Shown in pieces: positions 11,601 through 27,490 of a stretch of 64,000 bases of DNA. A model generated the notes under the pieces. It worked only from the letters and a program-made list of their open reading frames with translations, did no database searches and was not told where the DNA came from. The stretch covers positions 27,714,001 through 27,778,000 of the forward strand of contig CM022670.1 in NCBI GenBank assembly GCA_012295275.1. The letters are read 5' to 3'. Each line of letters opens with the position of its first letter. The stretch's first letter is position 1. This DNA comes from Chrysomallon squamiferum (taxonomy: Eukaryota > Animalia > Mollusca). The translations under genes were made by a program, and so were the position numbers.

Positions 11601-14600
11601 TATGTATATACAAAATCCCAAAATGGTCCACTCTCAAATTATCTGCATAATATACTTAGCACTTTTTTTTAATTAGTGTGTAAGCACCATCCATCATTGT
11701 TGTTAGTGCAAATGATGTTTGCATTTGCATAAATATTAATTTTGCACATCCTCTTCAATTTCTGCTCATGCATTAATGCATGAATAGATGTAATATGGGT
11801 TTCTCACAATCAGGCCAGCATTACTCATGAATAATAATAAAAGAATTATAAATATATTCTGTTGTTACCTGATTTAAGAAGTAATTATATGAACAAATAA
11901 TTAAACTGAACCTTTTTGTTCATCATAAGAATTTTGTTATCAGTTATATTTTGCATTATCATAATCTTTTATTAATAGTCACACAAAAAATTGAATTTCT
12001 TTTTTGTTTTTTTTTTGTTTGAAAGGTTGTGGAGTACAGTTTACTATTTTTGGATATTATTTTTGTTTGCTTATGCTGTTTTCATTTGTATTGCAATATG
12101 TATTAAAATCAAACTGTCTATTCTTTATACAATTGTTGATATATTAGAAACTCAAGGAAGTGTTCTTTAGGGGGTAATTTTGTTCTTTTTCCTGTTTTTT
12201 TTTTTTCTTCATTAAAATTATAATATGGTTGTTCTGTGTTTGTGTGTGAGTGTGTCTGTGTGTGCTGATCAACACCTAAATAAATTATTGTAAAATACCA
12301 GAAATTATTCAATTAAACAGGTATGGAAATCTTCATAATTATGGGAATAGAAAAGCTTTTCTAATTGAAGAAATATTTTTAAAATTAATATTATGAATTG
12401 TTAAGCAGATGTGTAGGAATTTTACCAAATGTATATACTTGTATGGAAACAGAATTCATTTCACATTATCAAAATTTATTAAGGTTGAATATGCCTAGAT
12501 GCAAAGACGATGGAGAAATGTTTACCAAGGGACCGATGTAATGAAATATTAATGTTAATCAGACTGATCAAATCCCTTAAGTCGTGTTTAGTGGTGTACA
12601 TCATAAATTCTGTAAATCTAAGAATTATTGCATCTTTCTGTATGAAATAAATTCTTCATAAATAATTATTACAGGTCCCTTGTGATAAGCATATTGTAAA
12701 GTCTTTGAATTTAAATGTTTATCAACTGTTGGTAAATTTAGTATAGGGGAAAATATGGTGATCAATCACTAAGATGAAAAGTAACCAGTGTCAAAATTAA
12801 TGAATGTTTAACCAAACTTTATTTAAAAAAGGAATAGAAAATTTGAAAAAGGATATATTTTAATTTCCTTGTTATCAAAATATTTAGGAAAAAAGTCATA
12901 AAAGTATAATTTGAATATGTACAATACAAAACTTTACCCCTTCATTACTGGACTCATGATGACTTTGCAAACATGCAAGATTGTCAGCTTTATTTCTTCT
13001 GACAACAATAAAACAAACTAGATTAATTCAGTCACTTTTGCATGCAGTGATATTATGATATATAAAAATGATGTCCTGATTAAACTGTTTTCTTTCATTG
13101 TCATATGTCATTATTAATTAAGACTGGACAATTACAAGTACAATAAAAAAAAAAAAAAAAAAAAATAATATATATATATATATATATATAAAACAATGTA
13201 ACTTAAAAATATATTTCTTTGTATCACCAAAGCTATGTTTTAATACCAAAAATCACATTTATGAAAACAACATTAAACATTAGTAAAATAGGATTTTTTT
13301 TTTTTTTTTTTTTTCATTTCCATTTTTTAAACATTGTACATGAATCTTGTGTCTTTGGTTACATTTATTCATTTTATGAAATTTTGTCAGTTAATGCTGA
13401 TGAAACTGAAGATAAGTGTACAGAATGTCTAATACTTAAGTATGATGTAGTATGTAGGCAAATAACTTGATCAGCAGCTTGATGGAAAACACAATATTTT
13501 AAATGAAATTATATGACTAAGAATATTGTCCAGATGGTACTTCACTGTGAAAGTGAATTGTGTCACAAAGATGCATCTTGAAAAAAATAAACAAATTTTG
13601 ACTCGTATTTTAGCTTGAACAAACCATGAGCTGTCATGTCATAGTAACAGACAAAGAATAAAACTAACAGTACAATATGGATTTTGCCAAATTTTTATTT
13701 TCCAAACTTGACATTTTAAATAAAACAAATCACTGTTTGCAACTGTATAAAAAGAATAAGTGGTAAAAAATGCAGCCTGTTATTTGTATGCATAGACCTG
13801 TATAAATTCACACATTACTGGTATAAATATAACATGCATTCACTTTAAATACATACATATTTGTATCTGTATAAACTACCCATCCATTGTATATGTGTGT
13901 GTATGTGTGGATATATATATACTCATTTGATGTTTATAAACATTGTATTTTCCACTTGGTGCATTAATTCAGGGATTTTCTACTACCTAGGTAACCACAC
14001 AGGTTTTACAGGTGCTGACTGCATTGCATTTAATTAATCATTATTCCTGAATGCTTTTGATTAATATATAATCTCTGCTGATTGATTAATTCAAAGCAGC
14101 AGGAAGCCTGCTTTATTGTAAATTATTTATAGCTGCAGGATTGTGTTCTAGCAGTATAATGTATTGTTTGTCATATTAGAAATTTTTAGTTTATTACCAT
14201 GGCAATGCAGATATTACATGGTTATGTGGTAATAAATTCATGGAACATTCACATAAAATTATTACATGAATTGCTGCAGTGCATTTATTCATCAAATACG
14301 TTTATCTATAATTCTCTCTTTATAAGTGACTTCAGTGGCCACATAAGAAAATACAGAATAAAAACTGCTATATTGTTTTTGCATGTTAGTTATGAGTTTT
14401 TGAATGTGAAAATCTGATTCATTTTATTTTAGTTTTTCTATTAACTTGCAGCTTCCTACACCAATACTATGTTATCGTTGTCAGTTTTAGAATAAGAATT
14501 TCCCTTCAAAACCTGATACATCACAGATTGTTATCTGAATTCTTATTCTTCAAGTGTTTTCCGTTAACCATAATATTTATTCTTATCTGTGTAAAAATAT

Positions 14601-14699
14601 ATATTCAAGAATAACTATTGGAAGTTTTGTTTATTTAAAATACTGCATCTGAAAGTCACTTTTGATTATATATTTAAGTTTTTTCATTTTTGTTTTCAG

Positions 14700-14746
14700 C
14701 AGGTAGAGAAGAAAGAAGCTTTTCCCTCTTCTGTTTCATGGTGAAG
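14700..14746 (+). other. Candidate short internal exon (47 or 44 nt, NAGNAG acceptor)
   Basis: ttttttcatttttgttttCAG-CAG acceptor and AAG|GTAAAA donor. Ends with ATG GTG AAG, a possible start codon or uORF. Confidence 0.5.
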
Positions 14747-16327
14747 GTAAAATTTACTTTGCAGTTATACTTTGTGTTTTTATGTATGTGTGGTTTGGAG
14801 TGCATGATTTAATTTATTATTAATTTTTTCAGATACAAAAAGAAATAATAGGTATTTTCATACTTATTGAATTATTCAGTATAACTTGTAAACCATGTGA
14901 TGAATTATTGTTCAGAAATATTTTACTGGGTTACAGTCTTAAATTTATATCGAAGTGATGAGTGAAGATTTGTTGTTTATGGATGAGGCCTATTTTTTTA
15001 ACATGCATTTGATTTTGGTATGCATAATATAAATTTAACAGCTCATTAACAGTAGAGATTATTATTACATTTTCTTTAAATTTCAGTCACATTTTTCAAA
15101 ATAAATAGCCAGTATGCTGTCATCTTTGATTTGTGTAGAAGGATGTGCATGTGCTGTAGCTATCAGCAAAGTTATTACCAAAAAAACAAAGGTTGTTGTT
15201 CAGCAGAAGTTAATTATGTCTTATTAATGTTTGACAAAGACAAAGAATGGCTTGTTGTTTGAGGAAAGTTAATTAAAAATGTTGTTGGTTAAGTTTTAGT
15301 CCTAGTCTCTAAACCTAAATAGATGTGTGATTTAACAGAAAAATGGAATAACTCCAAAAATCTCTTAAACATACTGTTAATTTGTATAGTGTTTATCATA
15401 TATAAACTTGGAAGTGATTTGGTTGATTCAAAAATTAATACGAATTAAATAACCTGATACAAAGAACCTAAATTAGCTGATGCATATTATAATTTGTTTA
15501 AAATATGTTTACAACACTATCTTTTCAAGAATATTTTCTTTTATAAAATGTTCCACTTATTAACAATGGGGCTATTAATATCATCTGAAGATGTCTTTAG
15601 GGATCCTATTAGTATCTAGTCTATTTGTGTGTTTCTTGTCAGTACATGCTACCCATGAAAGCCATGTGTAGGTAAAGCTGATTTTTATTGGATCTATCCC
15701 CACAGTCTTCAGCACACCACCTTCTAACAAAAGTCTGTTTATTTCTTTCCATGGAAACATTAACCTACCAAAAAGTAGAAAATATTGTACAGATCAGATA
15801 CATAAGTAATATATATGGTTAAATCTCCAGAGATTTCATTGATATTTTTTTCTAAATATTTTGTTATCCTATTTTGTGGCATCAAATAAATAGAGAAAAA
15901 TATTTCTTTGAGTTTTGATTGAGACCAAGATAAATGAGTGTTCATATCAGATTCATTGTCCACAATATTTTGGACTACTTCAACTGTAATGATCTTTTCC
16001 ACAATTATTTTTAGTCTTATTGAGTCTTAAAAAATCCTAGTGGAAAAATGTTCTTGTTATATTAATTGTCAGAAGAAAATTAAAGCTATAGATGAAGATT
16101 TATTATTTATACCTGAAATAAAATAATTTTTATGCTTCCATTTTGCACTTTAAACAAAACATATTTTCCCATGTAGGATTGGTCAGCATACAATTTTGGA
16201 TGTAGGTGGAAATTAGCTGGATAAACTACATATGAATTAATGTGGGCATTACTTTTTTTTTTAATAATTTTAAACACATTCTTGATAGATACAGATGTAT
16301 CAGTATTATTTTATTTAATTATTGTTA

Positions 16328-16361
<34 letters not shown>

Positions 16362-19300
16362 TATTTTAAAAATATTAACATAAACAAATAATCCAGTTAA
16401 ATCATAGAAATGTTATTGTTAAGTGAACTTAATTGCTTTTAGGAGTGTTATTTTTGTTTTCTTTTGTTATGGGGTGATTGGTGTGTTTGTTTTGGTGTTT
16501 ATTTTTAAAATTACACAGTGTACATTACCTATTAATGATGTAGTTCAGTAGCACAGCTTGAACTATCACTATATCAAATAAAATACTTTTTGCCCATGAC
16601 CCCCAACAAACAACAACAATTCTGCAGTGAATAGAGTTATGTACTAGTATTAATTTTAAATAGGATAGGATGTGCATATATAGTACAGTTATATTGATTT
16701 AGTTTTCAGATGTTGGTTAGACGAATGATCACCATCCTTGTATACATTTTAAAGTCACTCGATAAGCTTGGTGCATAACAGCAGAAAAATAATATAGGAA
16801 TGAATTAATTATATAATGAGAGAAAATGTTTTATTAAAAAAAGACAATTATTTCTTCGTTATAAAAATATTTCTAAAAAACATTCATGTTTTGTTGTTGC
16901 TGCCTGGTTTTCCTTTTAACATATTTCATTTTCAATTTCTTAATTAATTTGTTCTTATATTTTTTATATATGAATTCAGAGAATATCTGGAACAAAAATA
17001 TAAAATTTTACGATGTGTTTATTTTCTTATTATTATTCATCAATTTCTGGTAATAACTTTACATATAACATATATTTTCTTCATATTTTTAGAAATAATT
17101 TTCTCAGATTAGTGTAATAAACATTTTACTGCTTCACATTTTTCTGTTGCTTTACACCAAGTGCATGTAGTGTCACACTAAGTACATTAAATATATTTGG
17201 TTATGATGCTTGTTTATGATCTGGTTAAGACTAGCTATTACCATGCTTCATAAGGTTATTGATTCTGAGTTCGTTAACGTTTGCAAGTCAGTAGGGATTT
17301 GCTGGGTTTATTTTATACTGTGGTTGTTGTCACTTGACAATGCTTTCCTATGTCCATTGAAGGTTTCACAATAGAATGGAAAAAAAAATGCCAGAAAGCT
17401 TAATTTCATGTTTGAACCTGTTAATTTTTACAAATTGAATCTGTCATTAAAAGGTCAGGTGAAAACCTTGTTTAAAAGACTAAGTTTCTATAGCAACCAG
17501 ACCACCCATCTGTCGAGTGTTGTCATTGATTTCTGCTTTCATGATGGAGGAATTAAGATCTGTAAACTGCTAATTGATGAGTCTTGAAAAATATTAAGCA
17601 TGAATATTTCTTTTGTTGAGATGTATTTTTTTTTATAAAATCATTTCTTTTCTTTCTTTTTTTGTTATGTTGTATTACTAAAAGTTTAAAAATTTCATAT
17701 TTTGACTTTAATCTTTCAAAGCCCACATTGTAATGTACCCTTTTATACATATAATAAAATTATGTAAAATTATTTATTTAATTATATTGTTTTGTACATT
17801 CCTGGCATTAATATAAATAAATTATTGGTGGTTCAAGATCAGGAGAGGAAAAGATGTTAATTTTATTATATTATGATAATCATAATCATAAACTGATTTT
17901 TTCCTTTTTTTGTTTTATATATATATATATATATGTATACATATATGTATGTACGTCTGGTTATATTATTTTATTTGTTATTCATTTTGAAAGATTTAAT
18001 AGTAAAAAACAAAAAAGAAAACCTCCAATATACATAATATTCCTATGCTTGTCCTAATGCCAAACATTCACCAATAAAACTTACAGACAAGCACTGAGAT
18101 CAAACGAAACACATAACATGGCAATTTCTAACTTCTTTTTCTTTTTATTATTATTAAGTATCGATTCTGAAAACTTCCTTCAAATGCATTTCTTTATTTG
18201 TTGCACTGAAGATGAAGAAGTTTACAGAGTATTGATTGGCCTGAAAGTGTTTCATAGGCACATGGGTTGATTCAGGATGCTCCATTCTGTTTCTTCAGTA
18301 TGATGTATCTTCTTCTAATGTACTGTGTAAAATTACAGCATCCGAACAGATGGAGTTGAAGTACACGGAGCAGGTTACAATTATTCTGTGATTGATTTTA
18401 CTTGTCTCTCTTGCCTTTTCACTTTCTATACTTTTCTTAAAGTTGAAATGTACCAAAATCAAAGGAGACATTCATTGATTTAAAAAAAAAGAAAAAAAAA
18501 AAAAAACCCCAACAACATTTAAATAGGTAAATTACAAAAGGAAAAAAATATATTAATAAGGAAGGAAAATTTCATTAATTAATTTACTTTAATATCTATA
18601 TTTGTGGGAATGTGCACAAAAATTAAAATATGTTATAAAAAGCTTTTAATTTGGGATTGCTATTATATGTTTTTGCCTTATTAATATCTTTTCAGATCCT
18701 GGCTGGGAAGAAAACCATCTAATTAATATTTTTCTTTACTGTGATGACTGAAAGTGATATAATTTATAATCCTTAAAGCTGTGTTTTAGCAGATTATGTT
18801 TATTTTTTTATATGTTGATAAATAATTAATTGTAAATTCTGAATTTATGTTAAATGCTTATCTGCTTACCTGTGTGAATGTAAGAATGTTTTTTTTTAAA
18901 AAGAACAAACCCTCCTTTCCACATAAAACCCAAGACAAGAGAAAATCAAGAAAAAAAGAAAAGTAGAAAAACCTAATCTAGTTTTAAATATTTATGTTTT
19001 TGTTTTATTATTAAAAAGATTTCATTAAGTTCTTCTGGTTTGGGGTGGGTTTTTTTTTTGATTCAACTTAGTCATTTCAAATGACAAATCATTTCCATCA
19101 AATAAAACAAAACTGTTTGATTTCTTGAGCCTTTTCCAATTCAACATTCCATTTAACTTTTTTCCACCTTTTTTTGAGTATAAAGTCAATTTTAGCAGCT
19201 TTTATATGATGTTCTCAGTTTTCATCGAGTCATCCTTCTAGAAGACAAAATGATTTCCATGCCAAACTGTATATTGATTTGAGGCAACTCAAGTGGCCCT

Positions 19301-21447
19301 TGTGATATTGACCACCGATGAGATCATCGGCTGGGGCTGAGGATCTTTGCTGTAGCTATATATATATTTATGTATGGGATGAATCGACCTTTGGAAAGTT
19401 TCTCTGCTGCATCAGTCTTCCTCCCACACCTCTATCAGTATCAAAGTGAATGTCATGGATTCATTTAGATGTTTTATTTGATTTCCTTTTTTCTTTGGTT
19501 CACAAATTGAATATTATGATTTGAGGAAATTTTGGAGTGGAATAGCTTGGCATTTGTTTTACAGTTGCTTGCATTGTGGAGTAAATAAAATAAAATAATT
19601 TTAAAATATGATTAGTATTTGAAATATATATATTTTATTTTTTGGTATTCCTGGTTTTTGACTTTTTGTCAATGTTAAGAAGAGATGTTTTATTTGGATT
19701 ACAATATTAACAGATATTAGTGGTATGTTGTACAACATTATATTACTTTCTACACTTTTTTTCATTATTATTTTTACAGATTTCTAAAAAAAAAAAAAAA
19801 AAGCCTTTGTGAGAAAAAGAAATTTCACAAAGAACTGTATCAAATCATTCAATTCAAATGTGCTCATCATCTAAAGATTCAGGCACATATACCATACATA
19901 TAGTCCAGTTGCATGAGTTGTTGCCAATATAACTAGGACCATGCTAAAAGACTAGTTTGAGCCATCATTACCTGTGGGTTCCTATCATGGGATGTAAGCC
20001 ATGTAGGAAATTATTTAAGTTTTTAAATTGTCATTGGTCCAAAACCTGTTATTCAGATTGTATTTAATAGAAATCCAGTACTAGTTTATTTGACCTAGAA
20101 GTGTCACCAGCACTTACCTGAACACAATACAAGTCTGTTGTGTTTTTTTGTTATGTTAGTGATAAGGTCTAAACAATTTCCTCTTGTCTTCGTTTGATAA
20201 GAAAATTTTGTCTTGGGTTCATCAAAGCATGGCTGTGCAAATGTGTCTTGTTTTGTTTTCATTTGCTATCATTTGTTCCTCCTTGTTATTCTACACAGAT
20301 ATCTTGATTAAACTAGAGAAAGAAGAGAGATTTTTATTCAGATGATGTCTTCTGGATTTGGGTTACACCTTTCAATAAATAATAAAAGTAAATGATTATT
20401 CCATTTCAAGACCATTGTTTGCATCTGCCCTTATTTTTATTTAAATTATGTCAGTTAAACTATGAAATTTTTATTTTTACATAATCTTTATGGAAGAATT
20501 TATTTTGAATTCTGCTTACAAACTGTAGGTTAGGCTTCTTACAAATTAGCATAAAAATACACTAAATGTATCTGATTTAATTCTAACCTTAGGTCCTAAA
20601 ATTTTTATAGAATATTATATGTTTCTTTTTCTTTTTAAATAACTTAGAGCCTAATTTTTTTGTTTTTTTGTTGATAATGAAACCATGGAATCATTATTGT
20701 TACTAATACTATTGTTAATTATAAAACGGTGAATTATTATTATTATTACAATTATTTCTCTATTATTGAAACTTCAGTTACTGCTACTGCTGTTACTACT
20801 ACTATTACTTTTACACTTATTATTAATATTAATATTATGGTAAAATTTGTTAATATATAGACCTATATATATTTTTAATTTTTTTTTTTTTAATGATAGA
20901 ATCTGAAATTTTAAGAAAGTTCTACTTAAAGATATGTATGAAATAAATGTTCTGTAAAACAAGAAGGAATTATTTAAGTGTGTAGCTCAATTTAGCATAA
21001 CAAAATATGTTACTTTCAGTATTTATATGAAATAACCTCTAGTAGCTTTTCATCTGTTCTACAAACCTGTTTATTTTGCTCTCTGTTTCACACAGATAAA
21101 TGCCAGTTTTTGTTAATTTTGTCTTCATTGTTTGTTTGGATTAGGAAGTGGAGCTAACAAAATACAGCTCTTCTCCCCATGTTGTTACAAAGCAGACAGC
21201 TGAGGGATGGAATTAACATTGACTTTGTTAATGTGGATTGCATTCACACACTAACAAGATGATGTGTGTTATTTTTATACTGTTGACGACATATCAGGAA
21301 GGCATTGAAAGCCTTTATTTTGTTTATTATCATTGGCAACATTGTAATTCTCTCTCACCCTGTCTGTCTTTCTTTTTCTCTCTATCTCAGAGAGTGAAAG
21401 AGTTTATGAATTTATATTTTAACATGTCCAGATAGAACACTTTAAAG

Positions 21448-21451
<4 letters not shown>

Positions 21452-21498
<47 letters not shown>
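21452..21498. repeat. (GA)n microsatellite
   Basis: Directly visible, about 23 units. Confidence 0.97.
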
Positions 21499-21501
<3 letters not shown>

Positions 21502-24307
21502 GAAATAATGAGTGTATGTTTGTTGGTAAATGCATATATGAGATTTTTACATTTTTTCCTGATTCAAAACTGAATTCTGGCACCTGATAATTTTTGTACA
21601 GTTTTGAATTCAGTCTAATACAAAAAGAGCCAGTGGAACATTTCTGAAATTGGCTGCCATGTAAACTATACCTTTGGCTCTAATATGGTTGTCCACATTG
21701 AACTTTAAGGTGCATGATATTCTATCAATAACAGTGACCATACATTCATTTAATGTGCACAAACATAATGCACACCATCAAGTAAAGAGCAAATCTTGAA
21801 CATCATCTGTGTTTAAAGAAGCTGAAAGCAAATCAAGAAGGGTATTTTTCCACTCTCCTGGCTTTTACAAAAGACAGTGACTGCAATTACATATAATTAT
21901 ATCAGTGCCAGTGGCAGCTGATATATTGCCTACACAGGAATAGGCTGATACATTCCTTACGTCAGTTTGGTAAAAATATTGTGAAATATTGAATACTTAT
22001 ACAACTAAACATGCAATTTAGTCCCATAAATAGATATATAAACATAGTAAAAGTATATTATCAGTTGGAACTTTATGAATATGTAGGCCTATGTGTAAAA
22101 AGTATCATTTATAAAACAACTACATTGTATGTCTTTTTGTTTAGCTTTTTCTGCAGCAAATTTTTAAAAAGGAACCTCTTTAAAAATAATTAAATTTAAT
22201 ATTTTACTTAACACTTACAGACCTCGAAAATGTTTTTAGAATACATTTTAAATGGAAAAAACAAAAGTGCTTTATCATTCATATAATAATAATAAAATAA
22301 AAATATATAGATAAAAAAAAAGTAATGAAAGAAATATAAAGTCTCCAGGATAGCAGTGTTAATTTTCATGCTTTGCAGATGTCTGTGTCAGTCACATTAT
22401 TAATGATCTGCAACAAGAGAGACTAATAACAGATACTGGTCACACTTGATGATCATGTAGAAACAGTTAACAAGTAACTTTTCTTTGACCATCTCATTTT
22501 TCTTTGTTTGGCTGTCTCTTGTTTGCTAGATGGTTTGCTTTTGCATCAATTTGTGTATTTTTAAGCATCCTGCTTCAAGCAACTAAGATTTTTTCAAACA
22601 GTTTATTTTTCAGATTGTAATAACCTAACAAAAATTACAGTTGTAAAATATATATTATGACTTAACAATCAGGTTGTAAATACTGTTGGAAAACATGGAG
22701 ATTATTATTAAATAAATTATAGTCAGTGTTAAAGCGGTTTATATCTTTTACTTGAGATCTTAAACAGTAACAAAATCATGAAATTATTTATATGAAAAAC
22801 AAACTTTCATTCAACAGTTATTTAGTTGGAAAAATTATCATTAAGAATCATACAGAACAGGTGACAAACTGGCAGACACTAAATGATACTGTGGTTTTAT
22901 TATCAGAGTTTGGTACAAATTTGTTAACTCCCTTAGATATATCTGGCTTCCATCTTGTCTGGACTATACCAGGATTTCACCAGATAACTTATCAGAGATA
23001 TTTTGTTTGGGGTGTGAACATATACAAGGTGTTACCATATATTTGAGGTTCAGATAACATGAAGGCAGAATACATATTTGCTGAATAAACATAATCGCAA
23101 AATTCTGTAAATATTAAACATACACACATACATTTACAGAACCATGTACATTTTATGCAAATGCAGTTTTTGATAAAAATGCTATCAGCCAGAATCAGTT
23201 GAGTTTTGATTAATGTACGCATTTTTTTTTCAGGGGTCATTGCAGTATATGTTTGTGAAAATAAAGTTTACAATCATTTTTAGTAATCCAGGGTAATTGA
23301 ATAATTTTGAATTTTTGTAAATATGTATGTGTGAGATCAATGAAAAATACTTCATAATCATTGTTCCATCTGTTCAGTTTTTGATTAGGTAGATTGTCAT
23401 TATATGACAGTAATAATATGTTAGTTAATAACTAAGCTTAAACTGTATTTGTTGAGATACTGCACTAGAATTAAATCTGAACAGTCAGAACTGAAAGCAG
23501 AAATAAATTCTGTCAGATTTACCAATTTATTTTGATCAACAGTTTTGACTGCAAATAGGATTTATGCCAGAACTGATAACATATTGTCAAAACATATTAT
23601 GATCATAATTTTATCCAGTGAGTTATTCCATTAGTGTGTTATTAAAATTAAAATTCACATTATTACATTAATTTTATGACAATGTTTATATATTTTGATA
23701 AATTACAATTACATTTATGGTGAGAAATCTGATTTAATTATTGAGTTTTGCAAAAATGATATAAGTCTAACGATTTTTTGTTTTAAAACATGTTTATTTT
23801 GGTCATACAGTGTCTGTCCAATGTTTAAACATTTAAAATTTATTTTTAACATATTTTATAACCTTAATTGTTATACTTCAATCTACAAATTTTGAGACTG
23901 GATTCTATAAAAGTTTAATTTCTTTGTATGCTTCTGTGATGCTGAACTGTAAAATGGCATGGAAGAAGTTTAGTTTAATGCCATAAATTTCTTTATTTGC
24001 TAAACACAGCGAATGTTAATGAAATGTTCTGACATGCATTTAAGACGGATGTACTAGTTCACACTGTGAACTCTAATAATTAGTTTAAATTGCAGGCTTT
24101 GAATACAGCTGTTTACAAAGTATTTCAGTTCTGTGATAAATTATTTCTCTCTATGCTTTTCCTTGAACTCATTCACACTGTACAAATATAACTTGAAAGT
24201 TTTAATCATCTTTTTAATCATGTAGCATTGTTTAGTTATGGTTTATATTTAGAAATGAATGCACAATTTTTTTGTTTGGATTTAAAATGCAGTCTTTTTG
24301 GATTATT

Positions 24308-24339
<32 letters not shown>

Positions 24340-25046
24340 TTCTAATTACAAAACTGCTGTGGTGTTTTTTCTTTAATTTTAAACCTTTTTTTGTTGTTGT
24401 TTTGTCTTTTTATTATTTTATTTATTAATGTTTTAATTATACCAATAAGATCTTTTTTGATTATGTAAATACCGATGGGTTTTAATTTATATTTTTTTCT
24501 TTAAAAAAAAACACGAAAAAGACAACATATATGTATATATGTATGTATATGTATATAAAAATAGCAAAAAAGCTGTATTATTGATTATCAAAATTCTCTG
24601 GTCAGCTGGTTTTATGTGCATGTTAAGACAATTTCCAGGCATGTCAGTCCCTCATGTGGCATATGCAAGCATATTGTTTATAAGCTGCCATTTTCATCAG
24701 CATACCTTGCTTCTGACATACTGACTTTTTACTTCAGCTGTTAAATATAAAAAACATGTGCTAGTCCTTTACTTCAGTTTAATATTAAATAACTTTGTCA
24801 TTTACAGTTGTGAAAATGCTTGTTTATATGAAAAATGTGTTTAATGGATTTTATTTTAATTTATTTTTGAAAAAAAGCCTGATGAAAAAAAAAAAAAAAA
24901 AAAAAAAAAAGAACAAAAGTCTTAAAAGCCCAACAGTCTTTTTCTTTAATCTTAAAAAGAATCTGATATAGCAACCACATGAAATAATAAAACTCTCACC
25001 AGTGTTTATAACTGTTTATATGTATTGTGAATTAAATAAATAAAAT

Positions 25047-25048
<2 letters not shown>

Positions 25049-25085
<37 letters not shown>
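25049..25085. repeat. (AC)n microsatellite
   Basis: Directly visible, about 18 units. Confidence 0.97.
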
Positions 25086-25087
<2 letters not shown>

Positions 25088-27349
25088 ATTATATGTAATA
25101 AGTAAATAAAGTCAAATACACAGTAGATTATGTTAATTATAAACATTAAAACTGATTCCATTAATAAAAAAAAAGACAACAGAAAAATAAAGATAATATG
25201 CATATTAATATATTAAAATATGTACTTTAATATCAAGCAGTTTTTATTTTGTTAATTTTGTTTTTATTTCATAATATCATTGCTTTATTTTTAGTTTAAT
25301 TTCTTCATTTGGTGTCTGGTGTTTTTCAGTAAAAATTCTGAATATCAATCTATGTTATTATGCAAACTGGTTTTGTTTTTTCTGCTCTTGAAATAATCTT
25401 AGATCTGTTTATTGCTAAAAATGGATATATGCAGCCAGTGTTTACGTCAAAAGCAGAACCATTAGATGTTGTCAGTTTTCTTAAATGTGTCAGTCTAGAA
25501 ACAGCAGCATAAAATATTTGATAGGATAAAAAAGAATAGAAAAAAAAAATACATGCTCTGTCGCGTTCAGAGAAACAAAAATAAAATAATCTATTACTGT
25601 TCTAAACAGAAGCTTTGGTTACAGAGTGCTTAAACTGTCATTTCTATTTTAAAATATTGTGTTAACCAAAACTTTTCTTTTCTTTTTTTTAAAATATAAA
25701 TGTAAGAATTTGACTAAAAGGCAGCAACAAAAACACTGTTGTGGTTTCTTATTTTCATCTAGAAATTAATTCTTTAATTAATTGTACAAAAATAGAAAAT
25801 TCAGTTTCTGCTCCCAATTGGCCTTCAGCATTAGGAACAAGCACAAAGTGATAAACTGCTGTGCACATTGACGTCTGCCCTTCAGACTAATCACAGAGGA
25901 TTCCTATTGATTCCAGGCAATGACTAAAGACCAGGATTGCCAATACTGTTTCATCACAGACTAAAGCTATTTCATTGTGATCACAGAAACACAGCAGGAT
26001 GTTCTTCATTCATCAGATACTGTGCAAAATTGATGGATTCTTTTCACCAGGTTTACTTGCTTATATATCACAGTAATTTTTGGAATCTGACTAAACAATG
26101 CAGGTTTTTTATTTTGACAAAACATATAAATTGTCAGTGTTGTTAACATAACTTTAGAAAATCACACAGGTATATTTTTAACCATATTCATATTTTTATT
26201 TTCACTTTCAAAATTGAATTTTGTTGAAATACCATGGTCATTTTAAGAAATTCATTAAACAGCAGTATTAAGTAGTAATTATTAACTTAATTTTTAAATT
26301 ATTATTTTTTAAAGAATCATGTTACTGTATGTTTTTTTTTTTTTTTTTTTTAAATAATTATGCATTACATTCATATTGTCTTTTCAGTAGATTTGTCATT
26401 TTAGAAACAATCATCAGGATTAATTTTGTTATGTTTGTGTTTTTGGTTATGGAGACTAAATGTTGTCATTACTATGTTTAAAATCATTGGTGTTTATTAC
26501 ACTCATAACTATTTTCTTTTCAAAATGTTTATCTACATAAATGCATAATATCTTTTCTTTAGAAATTAATTGGAGGGAAAAATGAAATTTAAAGTATTTA
26601 TTATTATTATTATTATTTTTTTTTTTTTTTTTTTTTAAGATTTAACTGTTCAAGAATAATGATACAAAACAGGAATATTGTTTTTAAATCAGAGCTGTAT
26701 GGTGAAACATAATTTAAAAAAAAATTGTCTTATATCCACCAGTAAGTATTTTTCTAGTTATATCTTTGTTTTTACTCTAATCAGCATTAGCTGTTCATGT
26801 ATTTAAAAACATCATTCATGGATGGTGTACATACTATAGCAAATACCTTCTGGGTTGAGCAAATGTGTAAACTGTTTTCTCTGTTCCAGATGCTTTGAAT
26901 TGGTTTGTTTACCTATGTATTTGCTCACCCACCATGCAAGAACAACATGTGAACAAACTGATTATTATTTTTACCATTATTACTGTCATCTGCTTTCTAC
27001 ATAATTTGCTAGTAAAAGCTCAGAGGCAGAACAGTCTTGTGAAGTCTCAGTTTGTGCCCATGGCACAGATGCTTGAACAGTTGTATTTTGAGTAGCCTGC
27101 TTTAAAAAAAAATAGATTTTATACTTTATATATTTTTCATTCTGTTTTAATAGTTCCATCTTTCCTTCTCATTTAAAAAAAAGAAACCTATTTATGAATA
27201 ACTTATACTGTGAGTTTTTCTTCTCCAGTAATGGCTAATTTTATTGAGCCTTCAGCTGCAGCACATTACAATTTTATTAAATGTTCCTTATATGTAGAAA
27301 AATACATGAAAAATTAAAACTAAAATGATTTAAAAAATCTGTGTTTTTA

Positions 27350-27490
27350 GAATATGTCTTGAAACAAATAAGATATTGAATAATTATTCTTAAGTAATGT
27401 TATTAGACTGACTGACTGTTTGAATATATCTTGAAACAAATAAGATATTGATTAATTATTCTTAAATAATGTAATTGAACAACTGTTTGT
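27350..27490. repeat. Tandem duplication, two copies of a 72-bp unit
   Basis: GAATAT(G/A)TCTTGAAACAAATAAGATATTGA(A/T)TAATTATTCTTAA(G/A)TAATGT occurs at 27350 and 27422. Confidence 0.93.
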
